DNA from: Camelus dromedarius
Taxonomy: Eukaryota
Direction: 5' to 3'
DNA: 64,000 nucleotides
Assembly (NCBI RefSeq): GCF_036321535.1
Contig: NC_087436.1
Location: 15,934,001-15,998,000 of the forward strand
The position numbers and the translations under genes are program-made. Positions 1 to 12,354 of the stretch are shown here, one piece after another. The notes below the pieces were generated by a model. That model saw nothing but the letters and a program-made list of their open reading frames with translations. It did no database searches and was not told the origin of the DNA. The first letter of the stretch is position 1, and each line of letters begins with the position of its first letter.

Positions 1-379
1 AAAGTTTAGATTTCTTTCTTTGTAAACTTATGTTACCATAGTAACATTCTCAGAGAGTCTTTTAAAACAAAATATAAATGCATGTTACTATGGAATACAG
101 ATTTAACTTATTGCCTCATGTTTTGAAATTCCTTTGACTTTCCTCAAAAACAAACTTCTTCATTGCAGTTTCAACATAACCTATTTTGTACATTTAGAGC
201 GTAGTATATACAATTGCATGTGAGACTGAGTGCTTGTCTTTTTAGAGACATAAAACTCTTTAGGAGACTGACCTTTATGTTTCTTGTAAATAAGTGGAAA
301 AACTATTGGGAATGAGTATTTTATTTGCTTTGATGTCTTTGAAATACCCAGTATGTGTGTTTTTTCTTTTTTTTTAAAG

Positions 380-459
380 ATGGACCACGACCTAATCAAA
401 AAGAAATACTTTCCCTACGAGCATTCTTGTTGATGTTCATTAAGCAATTAGTGATGAAG
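380..459 (+). CDS. LRBA: LRBA coding exon (window exon 1, 80 nt)
   Basis: T-tract+aaag acceptor; (D)GPRPNQKEILSLRAFLLMFIKQLVMK; AAG|gtgagt donor; phase 1 to 0. Confidence 0.95.
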
Positions 460-1756
460 GTGAGTTTGTATTTCTTACCCTATAGCACGTGTGTATTGTA
501 ACTTACAATTTCACATAAAATAAAATCTTGGTTTATTTACTCTTTGCTCTGTTAATAGGAAAACACTTTGAGAGATATTTATTTACTCCTTTGTATTTTG
601 TCCTTCTTTCTTAGGCATCTGTTGATAAACATTAATGCAGACTTGGAGATTGTTAATTGTAATATATATTACATGAATTTCTGTGTCTAGGAGTTCAGGT
701 GTATTCATTCTTTCATTCAGCAAATATTTACTGAGTTCTGTTACTTGTGCTGTTCTTAGAACTGGTGATGCAGGAGTCAACAAAGCCTCTCAAGGAGGTT
801 TCATTTTTAGGGTCTCCTTGTACTTGATATTCAGATTTTGAGAAACAATTTTCCTGTGTAAATGTCCATGATATGTATATAGGCCTTTAGAAATGATGAC
901 ATTTCCCCATTTCATTCTATTACAGGTAAAGTAAAATTTAATATTATTTTTTAATGAATGTGTTTTGGTTTTGTAAGATGGCAGTATATGAATGTGTTTG
1001 TGGCCAATATTCTATTCGGTATTTTCCTGTATCATTTTATTTCTTACTCTTACAATTTAATGCTTTATTAGCTGTCATGTAATATTGTGGTAAGTAGATC
1101 TAACTTTTACTATATCTTCCAGACTCAGATAGTTTATTTCTATTTATTAAAAAATTTATCCCTTGAATTGTCTGCTTCTATTTTTACCTAGTGTATTTTG
1201 TTTCCTAGTTCTCTTTCTTACAGTTCTTTTTTGAGATTTCAGCTTTATGGTTAATAAATTAATACAGTAGCTTGAAATTTTCCATAATAAATTCATATTT
1301 TAAAATAGTGTTTTTCCCAGTGAAATTACTGTTCAATTTTTAGTACCTGACATTTTAACCTGGCAATTTAACAACTGTTCATTTTACTCCAAATTTAATA
1401 GAAAAAAGTAAATAGAAAAATTGTCTTCTGTATTTAGAGGAGTGATAGGTGTGAGTAATATCCTTTTACTTATTGTTTATTATTTTTCCTTAGTTCAAGA
1501 TTCTGTAGCTTTACTAGATAGGTTATATGTCATAAGACGCTCAACACAGGATTCTGATGTCAGATCTCCTTTGACTTCTACAGAGTCTTGCATATGGCAT
1601 GTCTTTAGTGCTTCCTCCAATTTTTATTTTAAATTTAGATTCTATATTCCATTATCTTTTATATTTATAGCAGCTGACCACGTTGACAAATCTATGTGTA
1701 TAATTTTTTTTTTTTAAGTTTTTTATATGTAAGATTCTTGTATTATGTTTTTAAAG

Positions 1757-1819
1757 GATTCTGGAGTAAAGGAAGATGAGCTACAGGCCATCCTTAATTA
1801 CCTTCTCACTATGCATGAG
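1757..1819 (+). CDS. LRBA: LRBA coding exon (window exon 2, 63 nt)
   Basis: tttaaag|GAT; DSGVKEDELQAILNYLLTMHE; GAG|gtaaca; phase 0 to 0. Confidence 0.95.
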
Positions 1820-2973
1820 GTAACATTTGAATTTTATATTTGTGGTTTTATTTTTTAAAGCTGCATTATGGGCTTTTTTTAAAAGTAAAAAAGTTAAAGA
1901 AATCTTTTATTAATCATATAACTATAATGGAGAGTAAATGTATCTAGGAACTAAATCTTAGGAACCTTCATTTAAATATTCTTTATACCACAAAATTCCT
2001 CTGAGAATAATCGTGAAAGACTTTAAAAGCTGTTAAAATTAGATCTCATTGACCTAATAATAAAGTAAACCAGAGAATACTTTCAGTGTTTTTCCAGGAA
2101 CCAGTTTAACAAATGGAAAAATAGGTAACAAAAATGACCAAAAATGATTGGACTTTTTAATTTATAACATCATCTTCCCACTGATTTTGCATGTTCAAAT
2201 ACTGTTAAGTTAAATAGCTCATTTATAATCAATTTAAAATTATGTGGTTGAAAAGGAGGCTAAAAAATAAATAGGTTGAAATATTTTTTAGCACTGGGAA
2301 AATGTAAAATATGCCAGATGTAGTCTAAATAAATTATCTGATTAAATGTGTTTTAAATAAGTAGAATTTGGAAATTGATTTCATATAAAATACAACATTT
2401 ATATTATAACTTACATTCCTATGTTATAATTCATGTCTTGTGAGTTTACAGATATCTGTTAACAGCATGAAATAGTACCTTTTAAAATCATTAATGGGTA
2501 AGAGATACTGTTTGGACCTATCTTTGTTAATTGGGGCAGAAAAGAATGGGGTAAATTTCCTGATTCACTTATATTTGAAACAAACATTAATGACTGTGAT
2601 TTCATTTTTGTCTAGAGTAGGATATAATTTTAGATTTTTCTGACCCTGAAACCAAAATATTTCACAAGACAGAAACTGAAAGTCACAGTGATTTTCTGTT
2701 TTCTCTGAAACTATTAAGTCAGGAATTTTTTCAGGTCCTTGAAATAACACTTTTACAAAGGCTCAGTACCTTACTTCTAGATCATTTTCTTAGCATATTG
2801 AAAATTAAATATTCAGGTAGCTACCACAGTAAAAGTTCAAAGGTGTGAAGAAAAACCTGGAGGTGGTGGCAACAGACATGAGTAACTGCTGCTTCTCTTT
2901 ACTTCTTGGGTTAGTGTTGCCATGTTGGCCCTAATGGTATGCATCCATACTGGATTATTCAATGTGAAGAATT

Positions 2974-3024
2974 AAAAAAAATTTTTGTTTTTTGGTGAGG
3001 GGAGGTAATTGGGTTTATTTATAT

Positions 3025-3055
<31 letters not shown>

Positions 3056-3149
3056 TAATGTTCGTCCTGGGGATTGAACTCAGGACCTCAGGCATGCTAG
3101 GCACACGCTGTACCACTGTGCTATACCCTCCCACCTGCCCCTACCTCCC
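2974..3149 (-). mobile_element. tRNA(Ala)-derived SINE, camelid Vic-1-like, with (TAAA)n tail
   Basis: Minus strand reads GGGAGGGTATAGCACAGTGGTACAGCGTGTGCCTAGCATGCCTGAGGTCCTGAGTTCAATCCCCAG (A/B-box-like). TSD tgtgaag(a/g)att at 2963-2973 and 3150-3160. Confidence 0.85.
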
Positions 3150-3882
3150 TGTGAAGGATTTTCTTGAAGTTTCTGGATTTCAGAACTCACGTGTGTTCCT
3201 CTGCTATTCTGCAAATGTTACCAAGTTATACCACATACAGTAGTATATTGACTCAGTAAACATTTATTGATCATCAATATCTTTAATCCAGACAACAGGT
3301 AATATATGAGAACTATCCAGCTATCATTTCCTAAATGGTTTTCCTTCGGAACTAGTTTCTTGACAGCCTCAGTGCTGAGAGTGGTCCTAGTTAAATAAGC
3401 TTAGGAAATGATACACAATGTTTCCCCCAAGACCACTACCATATTCACAACATCTGTTAGCATATTAAAGGCTTTAATATGTCTTGCTGTAATATGTAAT
3501 AAAAAAGAACAACCTGGTTTCTCCTCCTCCCCCAATTTCTTGATGTATAATCTTTCCTTTTTTTTTTTTTTTTTTTTTTTAAAAAAAACCAAACCTGAAA
3601 GTCAGATCGCTTGTATCTATAGAGTATGTTTTAGGAAATCTTGATACAATATAATGTAAGAGACATTTTATATCTTTGATTAGGAAATTATCTAATTATT
3701 TGATGTATATTTTGAGTGCTATAGATGAATATGTATATGTAAAGAACTAGTTTGTTAAAAACACATATATTTGTCCATTTGTCTACTTATTTTTTTAAAG
3801 TTGAAATTTTTACTGTTTAAGAAGTAGCCATTGTTCAAATAAGTTATTTTTCTTTATTTAAAAAATTCTGAAATGGTTTTAG

Positions 3883-3980
3883 GATGACAATCTAATGGAC
3901 GTTCTGCAGCTGCTCGTTGCATTAATGGCAGAACATCCTAACTCTATGATACCTGCTTTTGACCAAAGGAACGGGTTACG
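3883..3980 (+). CDS. LRBA: LRBA coding exon (window exon 3, 98 nt)
   Basis: ttttag|[35 protein letters not shown](R); CG|gtaaga; phase 0 to 2. Confidence 0.95.
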
Positions 3981-4361
3981 GTAAGAGTTCAACATATTGA
4001 CAATTTTAATATGTTTTATATAAGAGGTTAGTTTGGAAATGGTAGATTTTTAGATATAAAAAGTATTACTGGATCTTATAAAATGAGTTAAGATATAAGA
4101 TCCCTTTATTTCATGTGTTATGTTTTTGGAACAAATCTTTAATTACAGAGGCTGTGTTACGATTTAATATGTGAGGACAGATCAGGCAAATTGTTCCAGT
4201 GTTTTGTGTGGTTAGTGCTGTTACACAGCTGTTGTAATGTTGAATTCTTCAGCAGCATTATGTTTAGGTTTTAGAATAGTAGGATTCAATTGTGAGCCAA
4301 GAGAAGGTCTTTATCATCCCTTTAAAATATTACCTCTTCCACGCCAATCCAAAATCATCAT

Positions 4362-4751
4362 TTTATTAGTCTACCTGGGATGCCATGACAAAGTACCCTA
4401 GTCCAGTTGGCTTATGCACCAGAAATTTATTTTCTCACAGTTCTGGAGACTAGAAGTTCAAGATCGAGGTGCCTGCAGGGTTGGTGTCTGCTGAGGGCTC
4501 TCCCTTTGGGTTGCAGATAGCTGTTTCCTGTTTAATCACATGACTTCTTTGTGTGTGCACAGACAGGAAGAGAGAGAGCATGCTCTTTGGTCTCATTTTA
4601 TAAGGACACTCATCCCATTCAATGAGGGACCTACCTTTATGACCTGATTTAATCTTAATTGCTTTCTTGTAGGTTCCATCTCCAAATACTGCCACTGGGG
4701 GGCTTAGAGCTTTAACATATGAATTGAGAAGCACATATTCAGTCCATAACA
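4362..4751 (-). mobile_element. MaLR solo LTR (MLT1A/B-like)
   Basis: Typical MLT1 text (aaatttattttctcacagttctggagactagaagttcaagatc...cagtccataaca); 5-bp TSD ATCAT at 4357-4361 and 4752-4756. Confidence 0.85.
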
Positions 4752-5050
4752 ATCATCAGCAGCAAAAGAGAATACTTTTGTTTTAAATCTTTCATTTAAT
4801 GAGAAGGTTTTGGGGCCACAAAAATTTAATAGCTACTTTGCTGGACGATCAGTTACAGTGACTAATTTAGTGTTCTAGTTGTAATGAATTTCCTCCATTA
4901 AGCCTCTATTACGAATTCTTTACTTGCTACCTTTCAATACTCACTCTCTCCAAGAGAAGATGACTTTAAGCATTATCCTTATTTTTTCTGTAGCTACTTG
5001 TTTTCTTTTTCTTATCTCTTTCCTTTTTTTAAAAATTATTTTATTTCATC

Positions 5051-5149
5051 TTTTTTTTTTTTTTTTTTTTTTGAGTAGAGGTCCTGGGGATTGAACCCAG
5101 GACCTTGTGCATGCTAAGTATGTGTTCTACCACTGAGCTATTCCCTACC
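5051..5149 (-). mobile_element. Vic-1-like tRNA-derived SINE
   Basis: T22 tract followed by gaggtcctggggattgaacccaggaccttgtgcatgctaag...taccactgagctat. Confidence 0.85.
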
Positions 5150-5171
5150 TTTTATACATTATTCTTAAGGA

Positions 5172-5508
5172 GTATATTTTCAGAGATCCCCAGAGAAACA
5201 CAACTAAAATGGTAAAGAGTATGTGTATGTATATGAGAGAGAGAAAGAGAAATTGAAATTTATGTTAAGGAATTGGCTTATGTGATTGTGGAAGCTAACC
5301 GGTCCAAAATTTGCAGGTTAGGCTGGCAGGCTGGAGACCCAGATAAAAACTGATGTTGTAGTTTGAGTCCAAAAGCTGTCTGCCAGGAGAATTCCCTTTT
5401 CCTTTAGGAAAGTCAGTCTTCTTTTCTGTTAAGTCCTTCAACTGATTGGATGAAGCACCCACATTATAAAGGGTAATCTGCTTTACTCAGTCTACTGATT
5501 TAAATGTA
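5172..5508 (-). mobile_element. ERVL LTR fragment (MLT2-like)
   Basis: ccagagaaacac...aaggaattggcttatgtgattgtgga...ggctggcaggctggagacccag...taatctgctttactc, characteristic of MLT2. Confidence 0.75.
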
Positions 5509-6701
5509 AAAGTAAGTCCTGACCCCACAGAATGGTTTGGCAAATATCTCCTAGTCTTTCAATTTTCTTGTAGAGTTTGTATAGAATTGTTGGTATTTAT
5601 TCTTTAAATGTTTGCTAAAATTTACCAGTGAAGTTACCTAGGCATGCAGTTTTCTTCGTAGGGATCTTTTTAGCTATAAATTCAATTTTCTTAATAGATA
5701 CAGGACTGTTTAGGTTATCTGTTTCTTCTTTGATGAACATTGGTAAATTTGTATCTATCAAGGAGTTGTCTGTTTCATCTAAACTGTCAGATTTATTGAT
5801 ATAAAGTTGTTCCTTCATTTAAATATCTGAAAAGCTTGTAGTGATTTTTACCTCTCATTTATGATACTAATAATTTTTCTTTTTTATTTTTTTTCCAAGT
5901 CAGTCTGACCAGAGGTTCATCAAATTTATTGATTGTCACTGTTTTGGGACTCTTTTTCTTTTTGAATATAGGTGTTTAGTGCTTTAAATTTCTTCCTAAG
6001 CACTTCAGTTTAATGTCATTTTTATTCAATTTAAAATAATTTTTTTTTTCATTTCTTGTTTTATCCATTTGTAATTTGAAAGTGTGTTCCAGAGATCATG
6101 TTTGAATTTTAATTCCATCATGGTCTATGAGGATCTTTGTATGACTTGAATCCTTTTAAATTTATTGATACTTGCTTTATGGTCTGGAATATGGTTATGT
6201 ATCTGGGAAAATGTTCCATATGCACTGGGAAAATACATGTATTCTGATGTTGTTGGGTATTCAGTATTAGTAGATATTAGTATTCTGTAAATGTCAAGCA
6301 GGCTAACTTGGTTGATAGTGTTCTTCAGATCTGTTGTGCCATTACTGACCCTTGTCTACCTATTCTGTCATTTATTGAGATATGATTATGGAAACCTCCA
6401 ACTATAATTATGTTTTTCTCTATTTTTCTTTCTTTGTATTTTTACCATTTTTTTTGCTTCATGTATTTTAACTCTGATATTAAGTACAACTATATTTAGA
6501 ATTGTTGTCTTTTTGGGAATTGATGCTTTTATAATTATGTTATTACCTTTTTTCCCCCTAGAAATGTTTTTTGATATGAAATCTACTTAGTGTGGTATTT
6601 ATATTTCTAATCCAGCTTTATTTGCTTTGGGTTTGCATGGTGTATCTTTTTTTCCCCATTCTTTTAATTTATCTCTATCTTTATAGTTAATTGAATTTCT
6701 T

Positions 6702-6799
6702 TTTTTTTTTCTTTTTCAAATGGAGGTACTGGGAATTGAACCAAGTACCTCACGCATGCTCAGCATGCGCTCTACCAACTGAGTTATACACCCACCCCC
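6702..6799 (-). mobile_element. Vic-1-like tRNA-derived SINE
   Basis: ggaggtactgggaattgaacc...gcatgcgctctaccaactgagttatac; perfect 14-bp TSD taattgaatttctt at 6688-6701 and 6800-6813. Confidence 0.88.
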
Positions 6800-6823
6800 T
6801 AATTGAATTTCTTCATGACACAA

Positions 6824-7244
6824 TCCGATAGCAAATTTTGTGTCATTTTGGCTGGGCCATCCATAGTATCTTGATGTTTGGTCAAACATTATTCTGGATA
6901 TTTTGGGGAAGGTATCTTTTGGATGTAGTCAACATTTAAATTGGTGGCCTTTGAGTAAAGCAGGTTACCATCCATAATATGGGTGGGGCTTATCAAATCA
7001 GTTGAAAGCATTAATAGAACAAAGACTTACCTTCCCCCGAACAGAAAGGAATTCTGCCAACATAATACCTTTGGAGTTGAATTACAGTATTTTCCTCAGT
7101 CTCCCAAGTACTTGTCAATCTTGTAGATTTTGTACTTAGCCTTCACAATTGCGTGAGCCAATGTTTTAAAATAAATATTTGTCTTTCTCTGAGTATATAC
7201 ACATCCTGCTGCTTCTCTTTCTATAGAAAACAATGACTAATACA
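6824..7244 (+). mobile_element. ERVL solo LTR (MLT2-like)
   Basis: tttggtcaaacattattctggat...tttgagtaaagcaggttacc...gtgagccaat...gactaataca end. Confidence 0.8.
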
Positions 7245-8085
7245 CATAGTGTATATGGTTGGATGTTTTATTACTGTGAGTCACTCAGTCTTTTCATTGT
7301 GTTTCAACTTGACTTTTAATGTAATTTTTGATAAGGCTTTATCCTCATCTAGCATTTAATTATTTATTTGTCTCAGTATAATTTTTTCCCCTTTGTTTCT
7401 CCTTTTCTTTGTATTTGAATTCTTTTAAAATTTCTATTTAGTTTTGGATCTCTTTGTGTAGTTTTTTTAATGATTACTTCAGAAATTTCACAGTATACCC
7501 AGTGTTAATATTCTACCTTTTCAAATACAATACAGAACCTTTGCAAGTACATTGATACCTTTAACTTCCACCATTGTTCCATTTTACATCTAATGCATAG
7601 ACAATGTTACAATTTTTAGTTCCACTTGTAATAAGTAGTTTAAAGAATTTAAGAGAAGGAAAAACTTACATTTATTCAGAAATTTACAGTTCTTTGGATC
7701 TTCCTTCATTCCTGAGGGAAGCATTTCTTGTTGAATAGTTTTGAGGGAAGCATATTTTCTTAGTTTTTCTTCTGAAAGTATTTTTGTTTGGCCTTCATCA
7801 CTCAAGAATATTTTTGTTGCATGAGAATTCTGTGTTCCTAGTTTTTTTCTTTCAGTCCTTTAAAATATTTTCTGTCTGTTGGCCTCCGTGATTTTTAAGG
7901 AGAAATCTGTGTTAAATCCACTCTTTCTTTGCTAAATATAATGTGTTAGATTTTTGTACTTGCTTTCAGGACATATTCTTTAGTCTCTCCTCACTCCTCT
8001 ATACTCCCTGATGTTTCATTTTCTTTGTTATTATCATTCAAATTTAAGCCCTTGTTTTATTTTTAAAATTAATTAATTAAAAAAA

Positions 8086-8197
8086 TTTTGGGAGGGGTAA
8101 TTAGGATTTATTTAATTTATTTTAATGGAAGTACTGGGGGTTAAACCCAGGACCTTGTGCACGCTAAGCACATGCTCTACCACTGAGCTGTGCCCTT
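8086..8197 (-). mobile_element. Vic-1-like tRNA-derived SINE
   Basis: ggaggggtaattagg...gtactgggggttaaacccaggaccttgtgcacgctaagcacatgctctaccactgagct. Confidence 0.82.
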
Positions 8198-11100
8198 ATC
8201 TTAAAACATTTTTTTTTGTTTCAGATATTTTCTCTTTTATTTGGATTTCTAGTGAGTATTAGAGCTTTTATACACATCTGAGTCTCTTTTTAGTTTCTTT
8301 GAATCACTTTTCTCTCTGTTCTTCAGATTTGATACTTTGTTTATATAGAAACTTGATATGTGTGATAAACATGATCTTCAAGTTTATAAACTTTTTCTTT
8401 GCTTTTTCTATTTTCATATTGAGCTCATCTCATGAACATTTTATTTCAACTATTATACATTTCAGTTTTATAATTTCAACATGGTGAATTTTTATATTTT
8501 CTTTCTTTTTATGAGAATGCTATTTTCTGATCCATTTAGTCTGTATTTACCTTTACCTTCTGGAGCATAGTTGTAATAGCTTCTTTAAAATCTTTGTGTG
8601 CTAAGTCTAAGAATTTGCCTATCTCATTAGCATCTGTTCATTGTATTTTCCCATGAGAAATAGTCACATTTTCTTGGTTCTTCATACATTCAGTATTGTT
8701 TAATATGTCAAGGACATTATAAGTGTTATCTTTTATAGATTCTGTGTCTTATAATCCATTAACAAATGTGATTTGTTTTGTTTTGTTTCAGCAAGAAGGA
8801 TCAGATCACAAGTTCTACCTATCCTTTGTGGGTGGTGGTTCTGATGTCACTTCATTTTAAAAACCTCTCTTGTCTTGCTTTGGGTCTTTCTTGCACATGT
8901 ACCATTCAGGGATTAGGCCTAGAATTTGGTAATAATTCACATCTTCTTTCAATTTAGAAAGACTTGATATTCTGGTCTGAGTCTGTCCCATACATGAGCA
9001 TCTCTTGGGTCAGTTTAGGGCTTTTGCAGGTTTTTACACATATTTTCAAGTTCCTTCTCTCTTGTTTGCTTATTTTTAGGACTCCCCCTTGCCTCTCTAG
9101 CCTGTAAGTGCCCATTTTCTCAGTGTCTCTAACCAGAAGGACAGTATTTCTCAGAATATTAGCTACCTGAATGTCTGACAGGGACCAACTTTGAGCCAAG
9201 GACTCATTCTTAGGTCATATTTTACAAGAGAAAGGTGAAGATTGAGACTCTTACCTCTAAAATGGGTAATCTCCAAGTATTAGGTCTCCTGCACCAATAT
9301 ACCTGCTTTTGTTCAGTTTCCAGAGTAGTTAGGAAAATGCTTTTTAAAATTGTATATTTTTTCTATAGTTTTAGTTCTAATACACAAAGTAGTGAGGCTA
9401 TTATGCTTATTACTCCATCTTGGTTGGACAAATGTATAATGGCTTGTGCTCATCATTATGCAGAATATTTTCTCGACTCTAAAAATCCTTTATGCTCTGC
9501 CTATTCATCCCACTCCCCTCCGAACCCAACCACTGATCTTTTTATTATGTTGCTAATTTTGTCTTTTCTAGAATGTCATATAGTTGGTATCATACAGTAT
9601 GTAGCCTTTCCAGATTGGCTTCTTTCACTTAGGAATAAGCATTTAAGATTCCTCCATGTCTTTTCATAGCTTGATAGCTCATTTCTTGTAGGGCTAAATA
9701 ATATTTCATTGTTTGGATGTTCACAGTTTATCTGTTGACATACTGAAGGACATCTTGGTTGTTTGTAAGTTTTGGTAATTATGAATAAAGCTACTATAAA
9801 CATGCTTGTGCAGGTATGTTTGTAGAAGTATGTTTTCAGCTTTGTTGGATAAACATCAAGAAGTGAGATTGCTGAATTGAATAGTAAAAGTGTTTACTTT
9901 TGTAACAAATCGCTGAACTATCTTCCAAAGTGGTTGTACCATGTTGAATTCCCACTGGTAGTGATGAGAACTCTTGTTGCTCCCCATCCTCACCAGCATT
10001 TGGTGCTGTCAGTCTTCTGGATTTTGGCCATTGTAGTAGGTGTGTAGTGGTAATCTCATTGTTTCTTTAATTTGCATTTCCCTGATGACATATAATGTGG
10101 AGCATTTTGTATCCTACTCTTATTTGCCATCTGTATACTTTCCTTGGTAAGGTGTCTATTAAGTCATTTGTCCTAATTTTTTTTTAAATTTAATTGGTTG
10201 TTGAGTTTTAGAGTTCTTCGTGTATTTTGGGTAACAGTCCTTTATCAGATATGTCCTTTGCAAGTGTTTTCTCCCAGTCTGTGTCTTATCTTCTAATTCT
10301 TTTGATACTATCTTTTGCCAAGCAGTTTTTAATTTTAATGAAGTCTAACTTATCAATTTTTTTTTTATTGTGGATTGTGTCTTTGATGCTGTATCTAAAG
10401 AGATGTCACCATATCCATGGTCATCTAGGTTTTCCTCTGTGTTGTGTTTTAGGAGTTTTATAGTTTTGAATTTTACATTTAGGTCCATTTTTAGTTAATT
10501 TTTATGAAGGGTTTAAGGTCTGTGTCTAGATTCTTTGGGTGTGGATGTGTTGTTGTTCCAGCATCATTTGTTGAAAAGAGTACCTTTGGTTCATTGTCTT
10601 GCTTGTGTTCCTCTTTTGTCAAGATTGGTTGACTATATTTATGTGGGTCTGTTTCTAGACTCTCTATTTCATCAATCTATTCATGTATTCTTTTGCCAGT
10701 ACCACACTGTCTTGATTACTATAGCTTTTTAGTAAATCTTGAAGTCAGGTAGCATTAGTGTTACAACTGTATTCTTTTCCTTCAATACTGTGTTGGCTAT
10801 TCTGGGCCTTTGCTCTCTATAAACTTTAGAATGGTTTGTCGATATCTGTAAGATAATTTTCTGGGATTTTTGTTGGAATTGCATTGAATCTATAGATCAA
10901 GTTAGGAATAACATAGATCTTAAGAGTACTGAGTCTTCCTACCCACAAACATGGATTTTCTCTCCACTTACTTAGTTCTTTGATTTCATGCATCAGTTTT
11001 ATTGTTTTCCTCATATAGATATTGATTGTATTTTGGTTAGTATATATCTAAGTATTTCATTTTGGGGAGTCTTATGTAAATGTATTGTGTTTTAAATATC

Positions 11101-12163
11101 ATATTCCACTTGTTTATTATTGGCACACAGGAAAGCAATTGACTTTTTTATATTAAATTTGTATTTTGCAACCTTGTGGTAATCACCTATTATTTCCAGG
11201 ATTTATTTTGTCAGTTCTAGATTTTCTTCATAGTGATCATGTCATCTGCAAACACAGACAGTGTTATGTGTTCCTTCACAATCAGTGTATCATTTATTTC
11301 CTTTTCTTACTTAACTGTTTTAACAAGAACATCCTGTACAATATTGAAAAGAAATGGTGAGAGGGGACATTATTGCCTTTTGCTTCATTGTAGTGGGAAA
11401 GTATTGAATTTCTTCCCATTAAACATAATGTTAGCTGCAGGCTTTTTGTAGATAGTCTTTATCAAGTTGAGAAAGTTACCACTATCCTTAGATCTATTTG
11501 GAGTTTTTAAAATGAATGGCTGTTGGATTTTTCAGACACTTTTTCTGTATCTACTAATATAATCAGCTATTTTCTTATGTGTATGTGATTACATCAGTTG
11601 ATTTTCAAATGTTGAACCAGCCTTGCATACCTGGAATAAATCTCACTTGGTGATGGTACATAGTTCTTGGACTTTTTTGGATTTGATTTGCTAATAGTTT
11701 GCTGAGGATTTTTTCATTTTTATTAATGTAAGTTATTGGTCTAATGTAAGATATTGATAGTTTTCTTGTAATTTCTTTTTCTGGTTTTGTTGTAGGGCAG
11801 TGGTGATTCATAGAATGAGTTAGAAGTATTCCTTCTGTTTCTGAAACAGATTGTAGAGAATTGGTATAATTTTTTCCCCTAAATGTTTAGCAGAATTTAC
11901 CAGTGAACCCATCTGGATTTGGTACTTTCTGTTTTGGGGGGGTTACTCAGTATCTTTAGTAGATTTAAGCCTATTCAGATCATCAATTTTTTTCTTATGT
12001 ATGTTTTGACAGATTGTGTCTTTCAAGGAATTGGTCCATTTCATCTAGGTTATAGAATTTGTGGGCATAGAGTTGTTCATAGTATTCATTTATATCCTTC
12101 ATATGTCTATGGGACATGTGGTGAGACACGTTCTTTAATTTATGGTACTAGTAAATTATGTCC

Positions 12164-12354
12164 TTTTTTTTCTTATATAAACTATATTTAATGTAAGAAT
12201 TCTGTGCAGAGAGTTTATACTAAACCTGAGTATTTACTTCACAATCATTTAAAAAGAAATGTTAAAACCTAGTTGAAAACCAAGAATCAGTCATTTTAGT
12301 ATTTTAACACAGCATATTTCTAAACACAATTTTCAGCAGTCCAGAAGCACAGAC
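12164..12354 (-). pseudogene. Candidate 5'-truncated retrocopy of an mRNA 3' end, inserted in the L1
   Basis: Non-L1-looking ~190 bp flanked by TGTCCTTT (12159-12166 and 12355-12362). Minus strand ends ...ATTAAA-15 nt-A8. Parent unknown. Confidence 0.55.

Larger units (their letters stand above)
5540..9400 (-). mobile_element. Old L1M fragments (ORF2 N-terminal/ORF1/5' regions), interrupted by SINEs and an LTR
   Basis: Minus-strand ORF 5615..5818 (EETDNLNSPVSIKKIEFIAKKIPTKK) is L1 ORF2-like and 7590..7805 is L1 ORF1-like; T-rich + strand. Confidence 0.7.

Noticed and set aside
1421..1717. 98-aa ORF / possible extra exon near 1493-1521
   Set aside because: Non-ATG start, no recognisable homology, weak donor; the flanking exons already join in frame without it.
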